Positions 1-9,774 of a DNA stretch of 64,000 nt are shown one piece after another. The notes under the pieces were generated by a model. The model made no database searches. It saw only the letters and a program-made list of their open reading frames with translations, and was not told where the DNA came from. The DNA lies in contig LZRT01000085.1 of NCBI GenBank assembly GCA_002159075.1, positions 6,177-70,176 of the forward strand, in the 5' to 3' direction. The position numbers and the translations under genes are program-made. The DNA comes from Bacillus thermozeamaize. GTDB taxonomy: Bacteria > Bacillota > Bacilli > ZCTH02-B2. How positions within the stretch are numbered: the first letter of the stretch is position 1; every line of letters starts with the position of its first letter.

Positions 1-350
1 GGAATCGGATTTTGACGGATGGAAAGGGATTGGTCCCGTACCGTACGTTTTATTTGAGCCGAAAGGAATATGTGGACCAACATCCAGACGTGATCAAACA
101 AGTGGTTGAAGAACTGCAAAAGGCGGGCAAACAGATTAACGAGAACCCGCGCGAGGCTGCTGATTTGCTGTCGAAAGCGACAAAAATACCTGTTTCGGTG
201 TGGGAGAAGGTGTTGCATAAAAAGCGGTCGGATGCGAATTTTATGGATCAACAAGCGGTGGATGATTTAGAGGTGCAGGCGGATGATTTTTTGAACATAG
301 GCTTGATAGACAAAAAAGTTCAAGTGGCGGATGCGGTATGGAGACCGTGA
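1..350 (+). CDS. ABC transporter substrate-binding protein, NitT/TauT (SsuA/TauA-like) family; C-terminal fragment, 5' end outside the window
   Basis: ORF runs off the window's left edge. C-terminal sequence pattern is typical of sulfonate/nitrate/taurine-family binding proteins. A NitT/TauT ATPase and permease lie downstream. Confidence 0.45.
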   Translation, partial: NRILTDGKGLVPYRTFYLSRKEYVDQHPDVIKQVVEELQKAGKQINENPREAADLLSKATKIPVSVWEKVLHKKRSDANFMDQQAVDDLEVQADDFLNIGLIDKKVQVADAVWRP

Positions 351-424
351 ATGGTGAATCCGTTCTCCGAAATCATGCGTTCTCCAGTTAAAGAATGATA
401 GTTCCGCTTCGGAGGGAAGACTTC

Positions 425-1612
425 ATGACAAGTTTGAAAGAAGATGCGCCGCTTGTGGGCCTCAAGGTGATTGAATTGGGGCAAATTGCCGCGGGTCCTT
501 TTGCGGGAATGTTGTTGGCCGATCTGGGGGCGGACGTCGTCAAAGTGGAGCGTCCTGATGGAGGCGATGGCATGCGGGGATGGCCGCCATTGATGGAGAA
601 TGAGGATGGGGAGGTATTTAGCGGAAACTTTGCTTCCCTCAATCGAAACAAGCGGAGCATCGCCATTGACCTGAAAGACCCCAATCAGGTGGCCGACTTG
701 AAGGCATTGTGCGCACAAGCGGATGTCTTGATCGAAAATTACAGGCCGGGGGTGTTGCGCCGGCTGGGGCTGGGATATGAAGACTTAAAACACATCAATC
801 CCCGGTTAGTGTATTGTTCCATATCCGGATATGGGCAAACCGGACCATATGCGGGAAAAGGCGCTTTCGACGTGACGGTTCAAGCGATGAGCGGCCTGAT
901 GAGCGTCACGGGCGAAGAAAAGGGATTGCCCGTAAAGTGCGGGGTACCGGTCGGCGACTTTGTCGCTGGGTTGTATGCGGCATACACCATCTTAGCCGCC
1001 TTGAGCAGGGTAAACAGAGACGGGCAAGGGACCTATATTGACTGTTCGATGTTAGGCGGGTTGCTTGGCATCTCTGCATTGCAAACAAGTGAATATTATG
1101 GAACGGGCCAGCCGCCCAGGCGCTTGGGCACGGCTCATCCGCGAAATGCGCCGTATCAAGGGTATGAGGCGAAAGACCGGATGTTCGTCATCGCTGCGGG
1201 AAACGACAAGTTATGGCGCAGTGTCTGCCAAGTGATTGGGAGGCCCGAATTGGCGGACGACGAACGGTTTGCGACCCAGGTGCTGCGCGCCAAGAACCAA
1301 AAGGAATTGACAGCCATCCTCCAGCCCATTTTTGCCACGCGGACGGCAGAGGAGTGGATGGCTGAATTGGAACGCCTTGGCGTTCCTTGCGCGCCTGTGA
1401 ATGATTACCATGAGATTCTGCACGATCCGCATGTTCAAAGCATGGGCATCATTGGGGAACTACACTTGCCGAATGGTGTGGCCACCAAATACGTGGGCTT
1501 TCCAGTCTTGATGAACAACTATACATTTTCGGTATACCGGAACCCGCCCAAACTGGGTGAACATCAGGAAGAAGTATTTCGGGAATGGCTGAAAAAAGCA
1601 GAGCATTCCTGA
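425..1612 (+). CDS. CoA-transferase family III (CaiB/BaiF/formyl-CoA transferase-like)
   Basis: N-terminal motif LKVIELGQIAAGPFAGMLLADLGADVVKVERP is typical of family III CoA transferases. ATG at 425 sits 8 nt after GGAGGG. Length about 395 aa. Confidence 0.8.
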   Translation: MTSLKEDAPLVGLKVIELGQIAAGPFAGMLLADLGADVVKVERPDGGDGMRGWPPLMENEDGEVFSGNFASLNRNKRSIAIDLKDPNQVADLKALCAQADVLIENYRPGVLRRLGLGYEDLKHINPRLVYCSISGYGQTGPYAGKGAFDVTVQAMSGLMSVTGEEKGLPVKCGVPVGDFVAGLYAAYTILAALSRVNRDGQGTYIDCSMLGGLLGISALQTSEYYGTGQPPRRLGTAHPRNAPYQGYEAKDRMFVIAAGNDKLWRSVCQVIGRPELADDERFATQVLRAKNQKELTAILQPIFATRTAEEWMAELERLGVPCAPVNDYHEILHDPHVQSMGIIGELHLPNGVATKYVGFPVLMNNYTFSVYRNPPKLGEHQEEVFREWLKKAEHS

Positions 1613-1726
1613 ATTTATCGTTCTGAATGGGTTGACGGAGAGAGAGGAATCATTTAAGATTCACTATAAACATAGTAATTAAATCGGAATAGTGATATGA
1701 CCGGCAGCGCTGACCGGAAAACCGGA

Positions 1727-1768
1727 GGCCAAATCTTGCTTCATTCGTAAGATTTGGCCGTTTTTATT
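1727..1768 (+). terminator. Rho-independent terminator after the CoA-transferase gene
   Basis: Hairpin ggccaaatctt...aagatttggcc followed by a T-run (gtttttattt). Confidence 0.5.
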
Positions 1769-1817
1769 TCAATTTACGGATGTGAATGGATGATGAACAA
1801 AAAGGGGTGAAGCATGG

Positions 1818-2675
1818 GTGGCGATCGTCTTGCATGAAAAAAGGTTGTCACAGGAAAGGTTGTCACGGGAGAAAATATTGGCCTCAAACTTGACGTTTAC
1901 ATACGGCCAACAGGACATTTTACGAGATATCAGCCTGACTGTACGGGAAGGGGAATTTCTCGTCGTGATGGGACCGAGTGGATGCGGGAAGAGCACCTTG
2001 CTGCGTCTGTTTTCGGGACTCTCGCGGCCACACAAGGGGAAGTTGCTGATTGACGGCCAGCCTGTTACGAGTCCTTCCATAGACAGGGCGATCGTTTTTC
2101 AAGATTATTCTTTGTTTCCCTGGCTGACTGCAAGGGAAAACATTGTGGTTTCACTCAAACAGGTGGTACGGCATGCGAGAAAGAAAAGGGAACTGGCAGC
2201 CTTGGCCGAGGAATATCTTGAACTGGTGCAACTTGGCCACGCGGCCGATCAATATCCTGGACAGCTGTCAGGTGGAATGAAGCAGCGTGTAGCCATTGCA
2301 CGCGCCCTGTCCCAACAACCGGACATCCTGCTCATGGATGAGCCGTTCGGAGCCTTGGATCCGATGACGAGGGTTCATTTGCAGGATTTGCTATGCCGGA
2401 TCTGGGAAGAACGGCGTCAAACCATTGTTTTTGTGACGCATGATGTGGAAGAAGCGATTTACCTGGCCGATCGCATTGTTTTGTTCACGCCAGGCCCTCC
2501 CGGCGAAATTGCTGCGGTTTTGGACATTCCGTTTCCTCGGCCGAGAAACCGGAAAAAGTTGTACCTGACATCCGAATTCGGGAAACTTCGTGACCAGCTT
2601 CTTTCGATGATGAATGAGGCACTATTCTCCAAGCTGGAAGAACCGCCATCGGTTTCCGGGGAGGAATCCATATAA
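1818..2675 (+). CDS. ABC transporter ATP-binding protein (NitT/TauT family, SsuB/TauB-like)
   Basis: Walker [10 protein letters not shown], signature [15 protein letters not shown] and Walker B LLMDEP are present. GTG start sits after GGGGTG. Confidence 0.85.
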   Translation: MAIVLHEKRLSQERLSREKILASNLTFTYGQQDILRDISLTVREGEFLVVMGPSGCGKSTLLRLFSGLSRPHKGKLLIDGQPVTSPSIDRAIVFQDYSLFPWLTARENIVVSLKQVVRHARKKRELAALAEEYLELVQLGHAADQYPGQLSGGMKQRVAIARALSQQPDILLMDEPFGALDPMTRVHLQDLLCRIWEERRQTIVFVTHDVEEAIYLADRIVLFTPGPPGEIAAVLDIPFPRPRNRKKLYLTSEFGKLRDQLLSMMNEALFSKLEEPPSVSGEESI

Positions 2676-2696
2676 AAATCCTGAAAGGCAGGAGTG

Positions 2697-3836
2697 ATGG
2701 CATTGAAAGGCAGAATCCTCGTTGCATGGTTTGTCTTGTCACTGATTGGCTTTGTTTTAACAGGATGTGGAGGCAACACGGAACGCACAACGACGGGCGA
2801 AGAGACGCCGGCAGGTCATGAACATGCCGCGCATCCGTCCGACTCCGGTGACCAGGGAGAAAAGAACGGCGCGCCGTATCAATTGCGAGTGGGTTATGCC
2901 ACATCGTTGGGTACACAGCTGGGCTTTATTGCCGAACATGAAGGTTTTTTCAAAGAGGAAAATCTGCAAGTTGATTTTATCCCTTTTCAGACGACGGCAG
3001 ATGGGCTGAATGCCTTGCAGGCAGGCAAGATTGATATCGGCATATCCTTCGGCACGGCCGGGCCTTTGACGTTTATTTCCAAAGGAGCTGATTTCGTCAT
3101 TTTCGGCGGGCACTTGGAAGGCGGAAGTCCGATATTTTCACGTCCTGAAGATCAGGAAAAATATAAAGATATTCAATCTTTCAAGGGGAAAAAGATCGGA
3201 ACCATTCGTTTATATACTGGTGACATCGTGTTCCGTGCGGCGCTGGCTGATGCCGGAATTGACTGGAAAAAGGATGTGGAAATCATCGAATTTAAAAATC
3301 CGTCGATGTTGATTGAAGCGATCAAAGCGCGAAAAGTGGATGTGGGGGTCGGGGCTCCGTCTAATCTGGGGATGGCCGAAGAGGCTGGCTTGGTTGCGGT
3401 GAACTGGAGCAACAATCTCTCCCCCGGACATGTATGTTGCCGTGTCGTGACGCGGGGATCGGAATTAAACGAAAAACAGGAGGCGTACAAACGGTTTGTC
3501 AAGGCGCTGATTAAGGCAGAGCGGGCAAAGGAACTGCAGCCTGAGGTTACGGTGACCGCAAGCCAACCGTATCTGAAAATGGATGAGGACAAGATCAGGG
3601 ACATCGTCTTAGAGCCCCACCAAAACAATGATTCCGATCCAAACAAAAAAGAAGTGGAAAAAATGTGGAGCGCGATGCGACAGATCGGTTATATTCCGGC
3701 GGATGTGTCTGTGCAGCTGGAAAACCACATCAATACCGACTTGTACGCAAAAGCTTTGGATGAATTGCTGAAAGAAAATCCCGGCGATCCTTTCTACCAA
3801 AAGGCAAAAGAACGCTTTGAAAAACAGAATTTGTGA
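2697..3836 (+). CDS. ABC transporter substrate-binding lipoprotein (NitT/TauT family)
   Basis: Signal peptide with lipobox LTGCGG. Periplasmic-binding-protein-like sequence. ATG sits 6 nt after AGGAG. Gene lies between the ATPase and the permease. Confidence 0.75.
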   Translation: MALKGRILVAWFVLSLIGFVLTGCGGNTERTTTGEETPAGHEHAAHPSDSGDQGEKNGAPYQLRVGYATSLGTQLGFIAEHEGFFKEENLQVDFIPFQTTADGLNALQAGKIDIGISFGTAGPLTFISKGADFVIFGGHLEGGSPIFSRPEDQEKYKDIQSFKGKKIGTIRLYTGDIVFRAALADAGIDWKKDVEIIEFKNPSMLIEAIKARKVDVGVGAPSNLGMAEEAGLVAVNWSNNLSPGHVCCRVVTRGSELNEKQEAYKRFVKALIKAERAKELQPEVTVTASQPYLKMDEDKIRDIVLEPHQNNDSDPNKKEVEKMWSAMRQIGYIPADVSVQLENHINTDLYAKALDELLKENPGDPFYQKAKERFEKQNL

Positions 3837-3850
3837 CGGGGGCAAGTGTT

Positions 3851-4612
3851 ATGGCACAGGCTATGGGGAGATATACATGGACTGGCTTGATCATTGTGCT
3901 TTTGTTTGTATTGTGGGAGGTCATGACGCATTTCGGCAAAATTCTAAATCCTGTTCTTTTTCCACGGCCGGTGGAAGTGTTTCGCGCGTTATGGGACAGC
4001 CGGATAGATTTGATGTCTGGTTTTTTGAGCTCGATGAAACTTTTTTTGCCCGCTTTTCTGCTCGCGCTGCTGCTAGGCGTTGCCGGAGGATTATATTTCG
4101 GGATGCACGATAAGGTCAGAGAGATTTTCATGCCGTTTTTTCATACGCTGAGCCCGATTCCTCCAACTATGTACATTCCGTACGCCATCGTATTGCTGCC
4201 CACATTCCAGACGGCATCCATTTTTCTGATCTTTGTCGGGGCTTTTTGGCCCATCTTTTTGGGAACGATTCAAGGGGTCCTGGTTATTGATGGGCGGTAC
4301 CTGGACAATGCGCGCGCTTTGGAATTGCGCGGGAAAGAACTGATCCGGACAGTGGTCTTGCCGGCAAGTATGCCTTTCATTTTGAATGGCACAGGGATTG
4401 CGTTGGGATTCGCGTTCATCGTTCTGACCATCGCAGAAATGTTTGGGGCGAAAGAAGGGATGGGGTACTTCATTCAATATTATTCCGATTTCTCGGATTA
4501 CAAAAATGTAATAGCCGGAATTTTTTTCAACTGCGCTGTGATTCTGTCCATCATGCTTTTGTTTGATCGGATCAAGAGACGATTGCTTTTTTGGACCGGC
4601 GATAAATCCTAA
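3851..4612 (+). CDS. ABC transporter permease (NitT/TauT family, SsuC-like)
   Basis: Six predicted TM helices. BPD-transporter EAA-like region (ELRGKELIRTVVLPASMPFI). Confidence 0.8.
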   Translation: MAQAMGRYTWTGLIIVLLFVLWEVMTHFGKILNPVLFPRPVEVFRALWDSRIDLMSGFLSSMKLFLPAFLLALLLGVAGGLYFGMHDKVREIFMPFFHTLSPIPPTMYIPYAIVLLPTFQTASIFLIFVGAFWPIFLGTIQGVLVIDGRYLDNARALELRGKELIRTVVLPASMPFILNGTGIALGFAFIVLTIAEMFGAKEGMGYFIQYYSDFSDYKNVIAGIFFNCAVILSIMLLFDRIKRRLLFWTGDKS

Positions 4613-4640
4613 CTATCTCAAACAATGGAGGGTGATGCAC

Positions 4641-5225
4641 ATGTCAGGCCATGATGCGTTCCGTGAATTTGATCAATCCTTGCGGGAAGTGCTCCGGAAC
4701 GCAACGGAGGATAAGGAGAGGATTGAAGGCGTGCGGCCTTTGTTGCAGAAATTGCTGTCTGTTCCCGGATTGCTGCCGCCTGCGTACCGTCGGCCTCATG
4801 CCGACAAATATGCCCAATATCTGCTATACAAACCGGAGGATGAAGCTTTTTCCGTCATTGCGTTTGTCTGGGGGCCGGGGCAGCAATCGCCGGTTCATGA
4901 TCACTTGGTCTGGGGACTGGTCGGGATGTATGAAGGCGCGATTGTAGAAAAACGGTTCCGGAGAGTGGATGATGGTTCGGATGCAAGCCGGGCCGTGTTG
5001 GAAGAAATTGAAACGGTGACGGCCAGCGTTGGGGATATTTCTTTTGTTTATCCCCGGCAAGCCGACATTCATCAAGTATTTAATCCGTTTGATGAGGTGG
5101 CCGTTTCGATCCATGTGTACGGCACAGATATCGGCAAGCAGAAACGACACATCTACGATTTGGAGACAGGCTCGATTCGGGAGGTGATTACCCGGCATGA
5201 CAACACGCGGGCCATTTACGCCTGA
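4641..5225 (+). CDS. Cysteine dioxygenase type I-like cupin (thiol dioxygenase; CDO/3-mercaptopropionate dioxygenase family)
   Basis: About 194 aa. HxH (SPVHDH) plus a later His (IHVYG) form the 3-His cupin iron site typical of bacterial CDO homologs. ATG sits 8 nt after GGAGGG. Confidence 0.55.
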   Translation: MSGHDAFREFDQSLREVLRNATEDKERIEGVRPLLQKLLSVPGLLPPAYRRPHADKYAQYLLYKPEDEAFSVIAFVWGPGQQSPVHDHLVWGLVGMYEGAIVEKRFRRVDDGSDASRAVLEEIETVTASVGDISFVYPRQADIHQVFNPFDEVAVSIHVYGTDIGKQKRHIYDLETGSIREVITRHDNTRAIYA

Positions 5226-5282
5226 ACAGAAAGGGTGAAACGATTTCGCCGAAGAATTTTCTGTTGCGAAAGGTGTGTGAAA

Positions 5283-6452
5283 ATGGAGACAATCGTTTCG
5301 TCAACAGATGCATACACAGAGAAAGTGAAACAGTTGGCGAGCGCGTTTGCCCGCACAGCGGCCGAACGGGATCGGCTGGGAGACACCCCTAAGGCAGAAC
5401 GGGATCAACTGCGCGCAAGCGGTTTGCTCAAGTTAATCATTCCTTCACAGTATGGGGGAATGGGAGCGAAATGGCCGGAAGCCCTGTGGGCCGTTCGGGA
5501 AATTGCCAAGGCGGATAGCTCGCTGGCGCATGTTTTCGGTTATCATCATTTGCAATTGGCAACGCCTCATTTCTATGGCACGCCGGCACAGAGGGCGCAT
5601 TATTACAGGGAAACGGCTGCAAAGAACTGGTTTTGGGGGAATGCCATCAATCCGAAAGACACGCGTCTCATTGTGTCCCGTGATGGCGATGGCTACGTCT
5701 TAAACGGCACGAAATATTTTTGTTCAGGCGCGAAAGATTCGGACGTTTTGGTGGTTAGCGCTGTGTCTGACGGAGACAGGAGGCCGCATCTATTTGTCCT
5801 GCCCTCAAATCGCACGGGGATTATTTTTCACGACGACTGGAACGGCATGGGCCAGCGCCAGACGGACAGTGGCAGCGTCAGCTTTCATAGTGTCCGCGTT
5901 CAACCGGACGAACACTTATGCCAGCTGGGGACCAATGGTTCCCCTTTTGCGACGCTGCGTACCGTCCTGACGCAGCTCATCATGACCCATATTTTTGTCG
6001 GCATTGCGGAAGGGGCTTTGGAAGAAGCGAAAAAGTATACGCATCAAACGGCGCATGTGCGAAAAGGAGATGTGCTGGAAGATCCGTATATATTGCGTCA
6101 TTATGGGGAGTTATGGTCCCGGTGCCATGCTGCCGGACAAATCACGAATCATGCTGCGGAGGTTTTCCAGTGGGCCTGGGAACAGCAGTTTGATTTGACA
6201 GATGAACAGAGAGGAAAGGCCGCCGTCACGGTTTATGCCGCCAAAGTCACGGCGATAGAGGTGGCGCTTCATGTGACGAACCGCATGTTTGACGTGATGG
6301 GAGCCCGGGCCGCCGATGAGAAATACCGTTTTGACCGTTATTGGCGAAATATCCGGACGTTTTCATTGCACGACTCCATTGATGTAAAGTTGCGCGAACT
6401 TGGAGCTTATTTTTTAAATGACACGTATCCGGTCAGCGGGTTTTATTCATGA
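5283..6452 (+). CDS. Acyl-CoA dehydrogenase-fold flavin oxidoreductase, SfnB/DszC-like (sulfur-acquisition family) or possibly an acyl-CoA desulfinase
   Basis: N-terminal pattern ERDRLGD...GLLKLIIPSQYGGMG...AVREIAKADSSLAHVFGYHHL matches the SfnB/DszC ACAD-type-2 family. About 389 aa. Embedded in a sulfonate-type ABC locus. Confidence 0.55.
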   Translation: METIVSSTDAYTEKVKQLASAFARTAAERDRLGDTPKAERDQLRASGLLKLIIPSQYGGMGAKWPEALWAVREIAKADSSLAHVFGYHHLQLATPHFYGTPAQRAHYYRETAAKNWFWGNAINPKDTRLIVSRDGDGYVLNGTKYFCSGAKDSDVLVVSAVSDGDRRPHLFVLPSNRTGIIFHDDWNGMGQRQTDSGSVSFHSVRVQPDEHLCQLGTNGSPFATLRTVLTQLIMTHIFVGIAEGALEEAKKYTHQTAHVRKGDVLEDPYILRHYGELWSRCHAAGQITNHAAEVFQWAWEQQFDLTDEQRGKAAVTVYAAKVTAIEVALHVTNRMFDVMGARAADEKYRFDRYWRNIRTFSLHDSIDVKLRELGAYFLNDTYPVSGFYS

Positions 6453-6498
6453 CCTTGTCAGGCGAGGAAATCGTGACTGAGGCGAGGAGGTGCGAGCA

Positions 6499-7284
6499 TT
6501 GAAATCATCTGGTTATGGTGTGCATATAAAAGTGAGGGGAGTAAAGAAAGACTTCGGGAGCCAGCAGGTGCTTCGGGGCATCGAACTCGAGATCCGGCCG
6601 GGAGAGTTTGTGGCGATCATCGGACGGAGCGGGTGCGGAAAAAGCACGTTGTTGCGCCTGATCGCCGGATTGGAAGAGCCGACGGCGGGGGAAATGATGA
6701 TCAACGATGTGCCGGTTCGCGGACTGAATCCGGAAGTGCGCATCATGTTCCAGGATGCCAGGCTCTTGCCCTGGCGGCGGGTGATTGACAATGTGGCCAT
6801 TGGACTGAAAAAAGGAGAGGGCGTGAAAGCGGAGTTGGCTTTGCGGCAGGTTGGCCTTCATGAGCGGGCGAAAGATTGGCCCTCGGTTCTCTCCGGTGGA
6901 CAAAAGCAAAGAGTGGCATTGGCAAGGGCGCTGGCGAGTCAGCCGCGGCTGCTTTTATTGGATGAACCGTTGGGCGCCTTGGACGCGCTGACCCGTATCG
7001 AAATGCAGCGCCTGATCGAGTCGCTCTGGCTGGAGCACAAATTTACAACCGTCCTGATTACGCATGACGTGGAAGAAGCGGTTGTCATGGCTGACCGGGT
7101 GGTTTTAATTGAGCAGGGACGCATCGCGATGGATTTATCGGTTCCATTTTCCCGCCCCCGGCAACGAGGTCATGCGGCGTTTGCGGCGCTTGTCGACAAG
7201 GTGCTCAGGCGCGTGATGGGTGAAGAAGATCAGATGGAAGAAGAGGGGAAAGTGTTGCCAGCCGCTTATGTGGCACAGAAGTAA
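6499..7284 (+). CDS. ABC transporter ATP-binding protein (NitT/TauT family), second copy
   Basis: Walker [10 protein letters not shown], signature [24 protein letters not shown] at 6499 sits 9 nt after GAGGAGG. An in-frame GTG at 6490 is an alternative start. Confidence 0.8.
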   Translation: MKSSGYGVHIKVRGVKKDFGSQQVLRGIELEIRPGEFVAIIGRSGCGKSTLLRLIAGLEEPTAGEMMINDVPVRGLNPEVRIMFQDARLLPWRRVIDNVAIGLKKGEGVKAELALRQVGLHERAKDWPSVLSGGQKQRVALARALASQPRLLLLDEPLGALDALTRIEMQRLIESLWLEHKFTTVLITHDVEEAVVMADRVVLIEQGRIAMDLSVPFSRPRQRGHAAFAALVDKVLRRVMGEEDQMEEEGKVLPAAYVAQK

Positions 7285-7363
7285 TGCCAGTTCCTTGGCT
7301 TTTATAATCGAGAACGAAAGATGCAGGAAGTCTATATAACGGTAACATTTACCCGGGTAGCAT

Positions 7364-9553
7364 TTACCCGCTGTGGAAACGCACTTCACCCTGAATCTTG
7401 TATTTTTTGAGCTTTTGGTATAGGGCCGTGCGGCTGATGCCGAGTTTTTGCGCCGCGAGGCTCCGGTTGCCGCCTGCCTGCTCAAGCGCCTGCAGGATGG
7501 CCTGCTTTTCTACATGCGCGAGCAAGTCGCGATGATTGATCGTATGCTGGATGGACGGCTGCAATGGTTCAAAAGATGCCGGTTTGGGCAATCCAGGACT
7601 TTGGATCATTTCCTCAGTCCTTTTTTCTTTTTTTGAGGATCTGGAGAAAGAGGGGGAATGGAGTTCCTGTGGAAGGTGACGGGGTTCAATCCAGGAGCCG
7701 GAACCAAGATGCATGGCCCGTTCCAGGACGTTTTCCAGTTCACGGACATTTCCAGGCCAGGAATGCGCCTGCAGCAGCTGCAGCGTTTCCGGCGTGATGC
7801 CGATGACTTTTTTGTTCATTTTTTGATTTAATTTTTTAATGAAATGCTCGCATAACAGCGGGATATCATCGAGGCGTTCACGCAGCGGCGGAATGGTGAT
7901 TTGGATGACGTTGATCCGGTAGTAGAGATCCTCCCGAAATTTCCCCTCCTTGACCAACTGCCGCAGGTTTTGATTGGTCGCCGCCACAATCCGCACGTCC
8001 ACCGCCCTGGTTTTGGTATCCCCGATCCGCTCAAATTCCTGCTCCTGCAAGACACGAAGCAGTTTGGCCTGTAAAGCCGGTGGCATGTCGCCGATTTCGT
8101 CGAGAAAAAGCGTGCCCCGGTCGGCCAGTTCAAATTTCCCCGGTTTTCCCCCTTTTCGGGCGCCGGTAAAGGCTCCCTCGACGTAACCAAAAAATTCTGC
8201 CTCCAACAATTCGGAAGGAATGGCCGCGCAATTGACCTTAATAAATTTTCCTGTGCGGCCTGATGCCTCGTGAATGGCCTCTGCGAACAGTTCTTTTCCC
8301 GTCCCGCTTTCGCCGCAGATGAGGATGGTAGAGAAGCCTTTGGCGGCGAGGTATGCCTCTTTTTTGACGGAATTCATTTGGCCGTTTTGTGAAACGATCC
8401 GATCAAAAGCGTTTTCCTTTGTAATCCGGTTCAGTTCTCCCCGATAATACGTGAGTTCGCTTTCCAGTTGTTCCAGCCTGCGGAACACATCTTTCCATTG
8501 ATCCAGGCGATGAAAAATCAGTTTCGCAATGACCCCTTCCGATCGCCCTGACTGAACGATCGGGTGCAGGGTGATCACGCATTTCTTCCCCGCGATATCG
8601 CGGATTTCTCCTTCGATCCGCTCTTTTGCAGCCAGCACTTGTTGAACCGGCAGTTCCGGCGCGATGACAGCGGCAGGCCGGCCAACCACTGCTTCGTATT
8701 CAAGTCCATAGAGTTCCAAAAAAGCTGCGTTGACCATCGTGACGATCCCTTGTTCGTCCGTGATCAACACGCCGTCATAGGAGAGGCCCAATGCGCTCTG
8801 CAGGGTCCGTTCCAGTTTTTTTGTCGTTTCCAATTCTTTGGCTACCTGTTCAAAACTGGTGATGTCTTTCAGAACAGCCATGGCCCCCGTGATGTTTCCC
8901 CATTCCCGCAAAGGGATAAAGGATCCAATGACAGTGGCGTTTTTCAGCAGGATCTTTTTGGATTCCCGAACCTCTCCTTGTTCGATGGTAAGGGAAAAAT
9001 CCGCATTTAATTCCGGCAAAATCGCTCCGAGCCAGTTGCCGATCACTTCCTCCCGCGGAATGCCGAACAGCGACTCAGCCGCTTGGTTATACGTGATGAC
9101 CTTGTGTTCCAGGTCTACAGAGAGGACAGCATCCTGCAGGTGTTCCACCAACATGCTGTGCCGAGTGAGGAGCAATTCGGTTTTGTTGAGAAAGCCGCGA
9201 ATGATGTCTGCTTTCCCCAAAACCCCGACCGCACGTTGCTGTTCATCCAGTACGACACCGTGCGCGACGTTGTTTTCGGTGAGAATTTCCCTTGCTCTTT
9301 CGATGGTGGTTTCTTGTGAAAAGCTGACCACTTGTTTCCGAATGGCAGGGGTTACCGGGGAGTCGATGGGCGCTCCGGATAGCAGCGAACGGTAAATCGT
9401 ATATTTGGTCACGATTCCTTCCAATTTTCCTTCGGAATTGACGACGCAGGCAACGTCCGAGCGGTGTTTCAGAAAGGCTTTCAGACAATCGCGCATCGTA
9501 TGACGAGGCGTGATGGAGATAAAGTTGGCCGATAAAAAATCTTTTGTTTTCAT
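7364..9553 (-). CDS. Sigma-54-dependent transcriptional activator (EBP) with N-terminal CBS pair, PAS domains, AAA+ sigma-54 interaction domain and C-terminal Fis-type HTH
   Basis: AAA+ motifs [15 protein letters not shown] and GAFTGA (sigma-54 contact). C-terminal [24 protein letters not shown] start sits 6 nt after GGGAGGTG on the minus strand. Confidence 0.85.
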   Translation of the reverse strand: MKTKDFLSANFISITPRHTMRDCLKAFLKHRSDVACVVNSEGKLEGIVTKYTIYRSLLSGAPIDSPVTPAIRKQVVSFSQETTIERAREILTENNVAHGVVLDEQQRAVGVLGKADIIRGFLNKTELLLTRHSMLVEHLQDAVLSVDLEHKVITYNQAAESLFGIPREEVIGNWLGAILPELNADFSLTIEQGEVRESKKILLKNATVIGSFIPLREWGNITGAMAVLKDITSFEQVAKELETTKKLERTLQSALGLSYDGVLITDEQGIVTMVNAAFLELYGLEYEAVVGRPAAVIAPELPVQQVLAAKERIEGEIRDIAGKKCVITLHPIVQSGRSEGVIAKLIFHRLDQWKDVFRRLEQLESELTYYRGELNRITKENAFDRIVSQNGQMNSVKKEAYLAAKGFSTILICGESGTGKELFAEAIHEASGRTGKFIKVNCAAIPSELLEAEFFGYVEGAFTGARKGGKPGKFELADRGTLFLDEIGDMPPALQAKLLRVLQEQEFERIGDTKTRAVDVRIVAATNQNLRQLVKEGKFREDLYYRINVIQITIPPLRERLDDIPLLCEHFIKKLNQKMNKKVIGITPETLQLLQAHSWPGNVRELENVLERAMHLGSGSWIEPRHLPQELHSPSFSRSSKKEKRTEEMIQSPGLPKPASFEPLQPSIQHTINHRDLLAHVEKQAILQALEQAGGNRSLAAQKLGISRTALYQKLKKYKIQGEVRFHSG

Positions 9554-9586
9554 CGTCAACACCTCCCGGATCAGTGTGTTTCTTGG

Positions 9587-9600
9587 TTTACAAATGTAAA
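9587..9600. promoter_or_regulatory. Candidate upstream activator sequence (TTTACAAATGTAAA) for the sigma-54 promoter at 9696
   Basis: TACA-N2-TGTA inverted repeat about 100 bp upstream of the -24/-12 element. The same motif recurs upstream of three other sigma-54 promoters in the window. Confidence 0.4.
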
Positions 9601-9695
9601 TATAAAATCACTATGTTATCTATTATAAACAGATAGAATAATAATACAAGTAATAAATAACCTATATTAACAGTGTTTTGTATCTTGAGACAAAT

Positions 9696-9711
9696 TGGCA
9701 TGGCGATTGCT
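9696..9711 (+). promoter_or_regulatory. Sigma-54 (-24/-12) promoter, TGGCATGGCGATTGCT
   Basis: GG-N10-GC spacing matches the TGGCAC-N5-TTGCW consensus. Lies in the divergent intergenic region between the EBP gene and the ACAD operon. Confidence 0.6.
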
Positions 9712-9774
9712 AAGAAAAAGTGACGAAATGTTGGGGTTGATCAGAACGATTGCCGGAAAGGAGTGGAGGACAGC

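Noticed and set aside
8838-9395. Long antisense ORFs inside the first EBP gene. Similar ones occur elsewhere, e.g. 14864-15754(-), 22714-23604(-), 41334-42242(-), 38662-39663(-) and 30792-31802(-).
   Set aside because: Typical high-GC antisense open frames fully embedded in well-supported genes. They lack RBSs and have Arg/Pro/Gly-rich low-complexity translations.
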